From Azolla caroliniana (lineage: Eukaryota; Plantae; Polypodiophyta): a DNA stretch of 64,000 nucleotides. The stretch covers positions 9,920,001 to 9,984,000 of the forward strand of contig JBHGNT010000007.1 of NCBI GenBank assembly GCA_043228905.1. Direction: 5' to 3'. The translations under genes were made by a program, and so were the position numbers. The notes under the pieces were generated by a model. The model saw only the letters and a list, made by a program, of their open reading frames with translations, was not told the origin of the DNA and did not search any database. Shown one piece after another: positions 34,419 to 45,815 of the stretch. Every line of letters begins with the position of its first letter. The first letter of the stretch is position 1.

Positions 34419-34456
<38 letters not shown>
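34411..34456. repeat. (GA)n microsatellite
   Basis: Seen directly. Confidence 0.9.
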
Positions 34457-34460
<4 letters not shown>

Positions 34461-35599
34461 TACCAAGCACTTCATAAACTTGTATGAACAAATCTAGGGT
34501 ACACAATAATTCACAAATAATGATATTGAGATGCTCTTGGTACAAGCATTTGCATGCTCACAACAAGGTAGGAGGTATTGATGTTGATTGGGATGACTTA
34601 AACCATGTTTGGGCAACATATCATATAGCATCTTCATGTTTGAGCACATGCTTGAAATCAGAGGAAACCTCAAATGCTTGGCTCAACGCAGAAACCATGA
34701 CCCCATTAAGATTTTGGATTGCTAACACACACACACACACACACGAAACATATATTACTGAAGTGTGAAGTAATTACAAATTGTAGAACCCAATAACTAC
34801 ATGAAGAATTGAGAATTTTATATGTGATGCCAAGAAGTGAGGCAGAGAAGAAGTGCAATTCCATATCAATCAAGTAATGTATTCTATTCTATGAATGAGC
34901 TATTGAAGTGAATTCAACAAATCACTTTTGGCTGGAGAAGCTAGAGACTCTACTCATTTGTAACTGCGATATAACATCGAAGGAAGGAGGCTCCAACGAC
35001 AATCATCAACAACAGCACATTAGGGTGGATTATGGAAGGAAAAAAGTGATTTCACAGATGGTCAGTTTAACTCCAAGCATGATGATTTCTGTTAAAAAAT
35101 GCTGTATAATGAGCTATACAGTGAGGTCCATGTCGACAAGCAGAAGAAAATTGGACATGTGGTCTGACAAATCTGATGTGCGAAGACATGACCAGTCAAG
35201 ATGAACGGTTTTATGATTATGATCGACTGGAGTACAGGGTTCCTAAATTACAGTTACAAAATCGAAGAAGAGCTTACCATAAAGAACTAGGAAACAGTTA
35301 TAATGATTACAACACAACACAAGTATATCACAAGTTGCGACATCCTGCAAGGGCAATCCAGCCTACATACAAAACAATAAGAGGTAGACAGACTTGAATG
35401 AACCTTTGATTGATCTGTGTGAAGGTATATGAAGTCTTGAGTACAAAGGAAGGAACCATGGGAGAGCAACCACCATTAGAATATAGAAGAGCAATCTGTG
35501 TGGCTACACCTCATCTGGATCATGTTTTGTGTCCTATGTACATTAAGAAAGCGAAAAATGGTTTAGGGTTTGATTCCATCTGGGTTCAATTTTGCTTAC

Positions 35600-36426
35600 C
35601 TCTGCTGCTTCTTAGCTTTTGCAATCCAATTGTCCAGAAGGCCCTGGCCAGTCACATGCCTGAAGATGCTCCTCCTTATCTTCATCTTCCTCTCTCTTGG
35701 GCATATCCAGCCTTCATCTTCTCTTCCTCTCACCCTCTTACCTAAATCTTCTTCTCCTGGTGCTGGTGACCATGATGATTCCCTTCTGTCACCATCGATT
35801 CTACACTTGTACCTTCGAATTTCATTGGTGTTCTCTTTTCCTTGAGCTCGTGTCACAGTGAGAGAAGGAATATCCTCTGCCGTTGTTGAAGACACATGGA
35901 TCTCACATGATGGAGCATGAATCAGATGGAATGGAGATTCCTCTTTACTTCTGCAAGGATTAGACTTTCCAGATGGAATCGCGGCTCCTCCATTGCAGGT
36001 TGTCACAAGCAATGGATGCCTTTGTTTAACGGAATTTGGAGGAGAAGCTCTGCTGCAAACATTAGTGTTTCCATGGCGAGAAGAATCTGTGGTTTCTCTG
36101 CAAATAAATTGCTCAGGGTATGGTGTTAGGGTTTGTTGGCAGGAAACACTGTGCTCTTTTGTCTTCTCTGCACATCCATTGATTAGAATCAGGGTTTCTT
36201 CACAAAAACCTTTCTCTTCTTTTGGATTCTCTCTAAATATATGATGTAGGGTTATGGTTCCTTTGCAGGAAACCTCCTCTGCTTTCAGATTCTCAACTGT
36301 GAATCCATGGTTTGCGCTTGCATTCATAGTTTTATCGTTTATATCCTCACGCAATGAGTCTTCTTCGACAGATAATGCTTCACATTCATCGTTTGGGTGA
36401 TCTGGGGTTTCCGTCCATGAATCTTC
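35600..36426 (-). CDS. Exon 3 (largely disordered; ends RHVTGQGLLDNWIAKAKKQQR); later exons unresolved
   Basis: Acceptor TTGCAG|GAA in frame with exons 1-2, 278-aa ORF, donor AG|GTAAGC. Confidence 0.7.
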
Positions 36427-36558
36427 CTGCAAACGCTCACAGTTGGGGTTTCAGAATCCATGGAAACTGTCCAACATTAGGGCTTCAGAAACCATGGAAA
36501 CTATCCGATTATGCGGGATTTGAAGCAACAGAAGAATTCAGATGATACCATTCATTAC

Positions 36559-36633
36559 CTGTGTACCGAGGAAACGGAGAGGAGTCAAAGCATGAAGATC
36601 ATCGGAGATGCAATCCAATCTGAGGGGATCGAT
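36559..36633 (-). CDS. Exon 2 (IDPLRLDCISDDLHALTPLRFLGTQ)
   Basis: Acceptor CTCTCAG|, donor CAG|GTAATG; 75 nt, phase 0 on both sides. Confidence 0.6.
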
Positions 36634-36729
36634 CTGAGAGATATTTGAAGAGTATTTCAGCACAGCAGAGTTTAGATTATTACTTATTCATGAGAGAAAA
36701 GAAGAAGAGGTTTGTGTTGTTAATATTAC

Positions 36730-36936
36730 CTGACTGTGTTCAAGTTCGTCTTCACTGGAGAGATATGAAGGGAAAGCGGAAGGGCTTTGGAGGTGAGAGA
36801 GAGAGTAATGGCTGAGAGGAGAGTCCAGAGAGCCATAGCCGCCGCCTCCATCGTTCTCTTCTTCTTCTTCTTCTTCTCTATCTGTGGCGTCTGCTTCAGC
36901 AGAGGGAATGCAGATGGAGGAGGTGAAGGTCGCCAT
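36730..36936 (-). CDS. Exon 1 of an uncharacterised host gene (acidic, Ser-rich)
   Basis: ATG at 36936, 69 codons, donor CAG|GTAATA. Confidence 0.65.
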
Positions 36937-37043
36937 AGCCACGCTACACTCTCTCTCTCAGACTTTGTAATATTACATATTACAAAGAAAGGGCGGGCAA
37001 GAAATGCAAGTTACGTTAAAATCTGTATGAGTTTTGAAATCGA

Positions 37044-37102
37044 GAATCGGAATCGGAATCGGAATCGGAATCGGAATCAGAATCGGGATCAGGATCGGGA
37101 TC
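37044..37102. repeat. Hexamer array (GAATCG)n upstream of the host gene
   Basis: About 10 units, grading into GGATCR. Confidence 0.9.
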
Positions 37103-38134
37103 GAGGAATCTTCAAACCACGAGGGAAATCGGGCCCGTTAGTTATTCTGTGTTCATTTGCCGGCATTATATCAAACCCAGCATGCCCGATGGAATCCATG
37201 TTGATGGAAGCTCACGAAACTACTTTTTTGCCCGTAAAACCCAACCGCTCGCACATCCTGGCACTCTGAATTCTGAACACTTAATTGCTTTTGCGGAATG
37301 GAACCCACACATGGGCGCATGCATACAATTACATTGACTAATAATATATCCTCCAAGGTTGTTGTTCAAGTGCATCCTACATTCTTCTTGATAAGGGAAA
37401 AACTACAACTCCTCTCTCACAACTTCTCTGGTTCAGGTTTCTAGTGGTTCTGCTCAATTTCACATGCATGCGCATAATATTGTGATATCTTTGGTAACTA
37501 CACTACATCTTTAATGATATAATCACCCTACTCCCACATGGTGCAAATCCACATGAACCCACTAGTTGGCTTAGTGAGCCCAACTTGAAGAGAAGCCTTT
37601 AGAACCATCAACCTTCCTTAGCTCAAGTTCCCACTTGTTCCAATCAATTTCATACCCACATGGGTAACTTCATGACATCGTGGTATTTGTCGATCTATAA
37701 TTGTTTGCGCCTTTCCCGTATTCATAAATATTCCTCTCGATGAGATTGACTCTCTCTCTCTCTCTCTTACAATGATAGAAATTATTGTATTAATTACCAC
37801 TCTTCTTGATACGAAGAGGTTTAGCACCATACAAAGAGATGAAGATTAGGGTTTGTCTCCATTAGTCCTTAACCCTAATCCTTGTTAGCTCTAATAAGGG
37901 TTAGGGAGTTAGAGAATGAGCTTAATATGCTAATATGAAGAGAACTCTCAAGAATGAAGAATAACTCTAAAAGTCCCCAAAAGGTGGCTTTTATAACTTT
38001 TTACAAAGTAAGTATCTCTCTTTCACACTAGGGTGCTTGTTTGGCTACATCAATCCTTCTTTGGTTTGTTCTATCCCCCTTTCCTTATAGTTGATTGACC
38101 TTGGTGTCCTTCTTGGTGTCATGATCTTCATAAG

Positions 38135-38598
38135 TGTTGTGCCGCATGCCAGATACTTAAGGTTGCCCCATGAGTATTGAGGTTAGATGTCACGCCTATT
38201 TGGGCCAGAATTGTAAGTGGACCTAAAATTGTGCTAGTATAACTATAACTAGGGCAAGACATATTTGAAGAGAAGGTATTGGTGTTTGTAACCGAAGAGA
38301 GAGAGAGTGAGTGAGTGAGTGAGTGAGAAGGGAGGGAGAGTGGTTTTGAACTTTGTTGTAACCGTTTGTTAGACAAAGACGAGCTTGAGGTTGTTGCCCT
38401 GTGTGTCTCCTTGTAATTTCTCACACATAGTGTAATAGTTCGGAGTTTGTGGACTCCCGTGGTTTTTCCCTTTCAGGGTTTTCCACGTAAACATCCCATG
38501 TCTTCTTTTTTGTGTATTAATTTCCTCTTGTGAGTGATAATCGGTTGTGGCCGATCTCTTTTCTACATATATCTTGGCGTAAAGAGGTTTTTGAAACA
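38135..38598 (+). repeat. Probable solo Copia LTR
   Basis: GTGGTTTTTCCC...GGGTTTTCCACGTAAA motif, TATAA, TG...CA candidate ends. No TSD found. Confidence 0.55.
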
Positions 38599-41516
38599 TT
38601 GGCTCGGTTCATGCATGGAGCATTAGGTCAACAAGAATGCCCACCTAGAACTTTTTGGTGAAGCTTGAGAAATGTAAGAGTGCACATTATTTCCTAGAGA
38701 GAGAAGTGAATGGAGGAGAAGAGGAGAAAGCTCCATAAGTCAAGAAAATGTAGAGGAAAGTAGAGCGAAGCCCAAATGGAGAAACATTGAACCCAAGTGT
38801 GATCTTTTTTTTTTCTTGAAAGATTTTCTTCAATAGTATTAAAAACATCGAAAAAGTACAAGTAAAAGTTATTTGCCTGTAAGCTTACAACGTAATGTAT
38901 GTACACCTAAACCTATACATACAAAAACAACTTATACAGGGATGTTGAACTTAATACGATACATTAGCATGTTGGTTTTATATCAAGAAAGGATCCATGG
39001 AAGATGATAGTTCCATTGAGGTCTTTGATTTGTCACTACAAAGAGAAGCACCTTCCTCCATAAGTGAAGAAGCTTCATCCTTCTTTTATGAATATTTTCT
39101 GGAGAACCATACATGTTATCATATTGCCCATGAACTATTGTCAACAATGTTTCCCATATCTCAAGCAATACCTCTGGAAGACCAAGCTTTGTTGCATCGT
39201 AAAGTCGACTGCATCTACATTTCCATAATACCCATAATGTTATCGTAGTCACAGTTTTCCATATCTGAACAGATCACATCTGCTTTCGAGGTTGCTGAAA
39301 CGGACTAACCGATATCAATCTTCTATTATGTACCATCATGGCCTCTTGTATATCATCTGCCTCATACAACATCAAGCTGGAGTGTAAAATTCCTCACACT
39401 GCTGCTCCCCATGAGAACAAGCAACCAACATTGATTGTTAGGAATAAAGAAAGAACACCTTACCCAACGATTTAGTTGCAAACACCTCTTGAAACGTAAA
39501 TGGTTGTATTAAATGAGATGCCATTTCATTTGTGATCTTCTACTAAATAGTTGTAAGTATATCTTATTTCTTACAAAGACTATCTATTGTAAAAGTTGTA
39601 GCAGACAACAATTGATGATAGTAATCTGTAACTATACCTCGCATCTCAGAGTCATCTGATGTATATGATCCATCATGCCGTTTCAAGGAGGTAATAGAGA
39701 CAGGTTTATATTTTCGTTTGAACTGATTGAAGAATTCCTTATTAACTCGATCTTGCTTTTGTGACCAGCGATCAACATTGCGATAAAATAAGAATATCGA
39801 ATGTGCTTGCTGCTTTTCTTTTAAACTTCTTTTTACCTACTGCAAATCAAAAAGTAGCATGGATGAAGTTGGATACCTCTCCAACAGTTTTTGTAATGTT
39901 GCAAGAGCACGACGCGAATTGGCAAATTCTGAATTGCAGAGATACACCGAAGCGAAAACTATATTCATGAAAAAATTATTTGTATCAAGTATGGCATCAA
40001 CCATATTACGAAGAATCAAACAATCATCCGTCAAGTTGTATTTTGACCATATCTGAACAATTGACATCTGATGGCTATCATCAGATAGCAAGGAAAGAGG
40101 AATACGCCACTGCTTAGAGTATCGCTTCTTATCAAATGTATCATTTAACTTCAGAGGGTCATGGTCAGATATCATTGATCCGGGAAGAATGCCAAGGGAT
40201 CCACCCACATCCCAAAAGAAACTACTAGCATAAAATCTATCTAGTCGAGACAAAGTAGCACTAACCACACTCCCATCTGATCTAGAAAACTGTAGGGACC
40301 CTTGTATACGTGAGAAAGACTACACCTTCCATAAATCAAGCAGACCAAAAGCAAAAGAAAAGGAGTCCCAACACTTAGCTTCCCAACCTGAAACTGTAGT
40401 AGTTGTACATCCTATTCTCTCGGAAGCATCTTTGATCATATTAAGATCGCCTCTCACTAACCAACAATCTGCTAATCCCGCATATTCCATAAGAGACAAC
40501 AACAAACCCGGACTTAGAAGCATAGGTATTCATTAGGCGAACCTTCTGAGACCCTATTTTTATGATAAGAAATTGTGCTCGTTTATTCATAACAGTACTT
40601 GTTGACAAGATAATAGATTGCAAGTGTTGTCTAAGAGCTATACATAATTTGGCCTGATGGCTATTTGGACCAAAGGCAAGAACCCAAAAATGACTCCACC
40701 ATCTTGGTAAAATAGAGCCATACTTTTGAATCTTGTCCCTACACATGTGATGCTCTTGCAAAAAGAGGATATCAATAGTGCCAATCATAGATTGACACAT
40801 GCGTGATATTCGTCATATTCTCCATGCGTGATATTCTCAATATTCGAGAATACAAAATAGCCCTAAGAATATTTAAAAACCATTCATTCTGTAAAATAAA
40901 TATTCAAAAAATTAATTAATTAATTAATTTATAAATAAATAAATTTAATTTACTAAAAAAAGAACAATTATTCATTAATAAATTATAAAAATATGATTAG
41001 TATAAACTCTCCTTTATAGTGTCAAATAAAAAAAGAGGAGAGTTTATGAACCTTTATTTTATTTTAAAAAAACAAATATTTTTATATTTACTATGAAAAC
41101 ATGATTAATGTGAAGTCTCAATTTTAATGTCAGGTAAAAATATCCATAAATTTTGGGAAAAGAAAAGGTGAAGAATTAATGAGCCTTTCTTTTATTTATT
41201 TTTATTTATTAAAAATAAAACGAAAATTTATTTTATTTTATTTATTTATTTATTTAGTAAAGAATCAAGATCTCCAATGAAAATTTATTACTGTCAAGTC
41301 TTTCTCAACTCTCTATTTTTTTTTTCCAAAAAAATACTGCTTCGCATTAGTTAGCAAACAAAATTACATCATAGAAATCTCAAAATTCCTCTCAACAGCC
41401 CTCACTCTGGCCTTCCCACCAAAGCGGACATAGTCCCCACCTCATTTTCAACAAACGTATCCAAACAACTCCAATAACCTAGTTATTTGTACCATAGCTA
41501 TACAAATTTACAACAC

Positions 41517-44500
41517 CTAGGCGTTGTTGGAAACTATTGGGGGAAACAACCATCGGGGTGCTTGGTAGTGCCATTGAGGCCCTGATGATGATCTGCCGAC
41601 CATAGGAGAATTACCCCATTTTAGCAAGAACTTTGATCGAGATCTTTCAACTGCATCAGATTCCCCCTTAATCGAGTCGTATCGTCCCCGCAGCCAAGAG
41701 ACCAACTCAAACCAGATATTTATTAATACCTCACCACTAGGGATTGTTTGTTGTTGAAAAACAAACTTACATCGGTTGGTCCAAATGTGCAAGACCGATA
41801 AACAAGCCACCATCCTCCATATCTCTTCAAAAAGTTCTGAGTTAGTGCTAGGTCGAACTCCAACCCGTTGAAACACCTTGCCACCTTGCACTATAAATCC
41901 ATGTCCGTGAGGGTTTAATTGTTCAGCCCAACCTTCCCCTGTTAACTTCAGCCCCTATACGGACCCCCATACAACTCTCCCATTCACGCCGCATGCTGCC
42001 ACTATCCGGAGACTTCTACCCCAAATGTTAATAGCCTCGTTACAATTCCAAAAACAATGAGGAATTGATTCCAAAGGGTGACCACAAATTTTGCATCCAG
42101 CCTCACCACCACGACACCTAAGCCACTCCCCCACTGGTACAGCTTTGTGACTAAGAAGCCACAACCAAAGCTTTATTTTTTCTGGCATATCGAACGCCCA
42201 TAGCCTCCTCCAAAACGACTTCAACCAGCCATCAGAAATGCCTTTATCCTTCCAGCTATTACGAGTTAGGGCAACACCCATCGATTTAGATCCAATGATT
42301 TGCCTTCCTAGCTTGGTAGTGTACTCGAAAAACCGTTCAAGTTTGTCCGTTCCCGATTTCTGCCACCACACCTCTAGTGGATCCCAATCCAGATCACATA
42401 TGGGCTTGTTGTCAACTATCCAAAGCTTACAATCAGATTGCAGCTTCCCTGGGTTCGGGTTTACTTGCCACTTCTTACCTTCTAGCATTGCCACTCGTAC
42501 TGCCAACCACTGGCCATTGTCTGCCAAAGCACTTAGGTTGCCCCACCACCGATACTCATTAGATGGGCACCTGCCTCAGATAACTTGTGCATCGTCCTCA
42601 CCCACAAACCACCCAAACCAGACCCCCTCTTCTTCATTCATCCTAGCTAGACCATCAACAGCTTTATCTATCAAATGGGTAATCTTTTCCAGCCTGCCAG
42701 TAAATCTAGGGCTACCAACCAATCCCTCCCTTCTTCTCCTTTTGAACTCCTCCCAGTCTCTTACTGAACTAACATTGTACTCTACCATTTTTCCCCATGG
42801 CAAGTATTTTTTCTGACCAAGCATCATACCGTCATCACTTCGAATCCTGGGGTTCCAAAATAGAGGTTGACGGAGTTGTTCCTCCATTGTTTTTGGCTGC
42901 ATTAAGACAAGCCCCTCTCTTAAACTTGACCATGCCCTCATTATGGAGCGGGCCACCCTATCCTCCATGCTAGTAGGTTCTTTTAACGTTAGGCCTGGAC
43001 TAAACAGCCACCACATCTTTGTCGTCCAAGGGCCGCCATTCCTCGGACACCAGAGTTTAGCTCTGTCTCTAAGAAGCAATTTCCACAATTCTGGTCCAGG
43101 TTGGAGACTTCGCACCAAGAGCTTACCAAGTAAAGCCTTACTTTGGTGAACCGGATCCACCAGCCCAAGTCCACCTTGACTTTTTTCCTTGATCAAACAA
43201 CTCCAGGCCACTTTAGCTGACGATGTCTCATGGTCTCTACCCGACCAAAGGAACACTCTCACCATTGCCTTAATATTTTTGATGCAGTCTTTATCTAACA
43301 TCCAACATGCCAACGAGTGCCACATGGTGGCCAACAAAATGTGGTTTACCACAACCACTCTACCTGCAAGGGAAAGCTTTACTGATGTCCATAACCGAAG
43401 CTTTTTTCTAATTTTGTCTTTCACTTGCTCAAGCTGCTGATTTTTCTGAATCTCTACTCCCACCAAAAAGCCCAAATACTTAACCGCCCTTCCATTAGGA
43501 ACCCATTGAAAATTAGCATTAGGTTGCCAATGCGGCCTGGAGTTTGGACTTACCCAAAACCCTCTACTTTTGTTCCAATTAATTTTCCCCCCTGATGCTT
43601 CACAAAACAACTCAATCCGTTTTTCAGCCTGCTGTAAATTAGCATCATTGCCTTGCAAATAGAGCATAGTGCCATCTGCATACATGGAGTCCAACAAGTC
43701 CTTGCAAGCATGTGGGACAACCAAACCCCGAATTCCTGCATCCGGTCTATTTAGAAAGAAAGAGAATGCCTCTGAAATAAATAAATAAAGATAGGGGGCC
43801 AATGGGCACCCCTGCCGGACAGACTTGCATAATGGCATTGATGGGCCCCGTTGCCCTAATACCAACACCCTACTCAAGCTTCCTTTGTAAAGGGCCAACG
43901 CAGCTGCTCTCCATTTTGAGGGTAGTCCCAACCGCTCCATGACTTTTTCTAAAAAAGGCCACTGTACTCTGTCATATGCCTTCTCAAAGTCAAGCATGAG
44001 GCATGCAATATGTTGATTGGTTTTCTTTGCCAGGGCAATCGCTTCCCAAAAGGTCAACACATTATCAATTATACATCTATTTTCCATGAATCCTATTTGT
44101 CCAACACTAATTAGCGCATGTAAGAGGGGTTTGACCCTCTTGGCCAGCATATTAGCAAAAATCTTATAGATTGTATTGAGCAGCGTAATCGGTCTCCATT
44201 GCCTCACATCCGTAACTATACCCTTTACCTTAGGAATTAGAAATATTAGTCCCTCTTTAAAATGTTCAGGGAGGTACCCATCATCCCATGCCTCATTTAG
44301 TCCAACAATCAGGTCAACCTTAATTAGTTCCCAAATAATTTCATAAAAATCTTTTGATAATCCGTCGTCGCCTGGACAAGATGTACTACATATACTTGCC
44401 AAAGCGTCTGACACCTCTTCTTCCAAGAGTGGCCCTGACAACTTAACTTGTGCAACCTTTGAAATTCTTGGTTGCATTCCCTCCAATACAAATTCTGCCA

Positions 44501-45815
44501 GCGAAGGCTGGGCTGGGAGACTATAACTATTTGATAGTAGCCCACTATAGTGAGATGTGACTGCCTCCATGATCTCCGATACATCTTCTGACAGTGAACC
44601 ATCCTCCTTGATCAATTTAGGATTGAAGTTACCATTTGTGCTCGGTTTTTTAAACTTAAAAAATTGTTGGTTCACCTTGTCCCCATTCATGCTCCACCAA
44701 GCTGCTGAACTCCTGAATACCATCTTATTTCTTGACACAATCAGTCGCTGTAGTGTTTCTTTAGCAGCCTCCAGACCTGATCTCGACCAAAGACACTTGG
44801 GATTTTTCTAAAGCATTCTTTGGGCAGCCGCTATCGATCTTCTTAGTCTCACCTCTCTTTCCTTGGACCTCTCAAATCTATTTTTTGTCTCTTCATGCAA
44901 ATACTTTGAAGTTTCAATAATCTTTCCTCGAAGATTATCCAAAGAACTGCAACCAACTAGCTTATTTTCCCATATACTCCTTATCTTACTTCTCACCTCC
45001 ACATCCTCAAAAAGTTTACTACTAATCCTTAAGTTGTAGTCCCTTTTGTTCAGCCTCTGAGTGACCAGCGTAATCGTAACCGGCATGTGATCAGAGTAAG
45101 CTAAACCTGCGATGATTTCAACATTGCTGCCATATTTTTCCAGTTCCGAGCTTATGTATATTCTATCTATGCGAGACATACAATAGCCATTTATATTGCA
45201 GCCTGCTCTTGAGAAGCATAGCGAGCTCCGAGGCTTTTTTAGTACATACCAAGCATCTTTCACTCCCATTCTGCCCATCAACAAATCCCATGCAACTAAC
45301 TTTGACCCCTGCACCGCCGTATGCATGCCCCCCACCTTGTCCTCTGTGTGCAAAGTCATGTTAAAATCCCCTGCGAGGATCCATCCATCTGCCATTAGCA
45401 ATCCATCGGCCAAATGCCTCCAAAAAAGGGCCAGCATCGCTGTCGAATTGGGCGCGTACACATTTATTATTCCAATGATACTCTGTTGCCATCTGACCGT
45501 CACATAGATGGCACGTCCCTCCACGATGGTGCCTTGGTCCACAACAATAATATCTGTATTATTCTTGATAGATGTACAAACACCCCCTTTTCTACCATGC
45601 TCACCTTGTGCTGGGGACCAAAAAGTATGCCAATCCCCCGCTAGAGGATTGCCAATACTCGAGATTCTGTTCGCACTCAAATGGTGCTCTTGCAAGAGCA
45701 AAATGTCTGGGATACCCGTAAAGCTAGGGGATTTGAACTCTTGGCGGAGGTTCTTCCTCTCCAACATACATTTGCTACCGCCTAGACCTTGTATGTTCCA
45801 CGTGATTAATTTCAT
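41517..45815 (-). pseudogene. LINE ORF2 (APE endonuclease, RT, zf-RVT), with disruptions near 44800, 42570 and 41950
   Basis: TWNIQGL, LQEHH, GDFN, SDH, WRPITLLN, DFEKAYDRV, RQGCPL, YADG, C..C...ESIPHCFWNC. Confidence 0.92.

Noticed and set aside
34160-35470. Definite downstream exons of the minus-strand gene
   Set aside because: Several splice-like sites exist, but no single phase-consistent model could be supported.
36787-37269. 160-aa plus-strand secreted protein
   Set aside because: Antisense to exon 1 and built from the TTC and GAATCG repeats.
37846-37906. Interstitial telomeric repeat
   Set aside because: Only scattered single TTAGGG/CCCTAA words, at most telo-box motifs.
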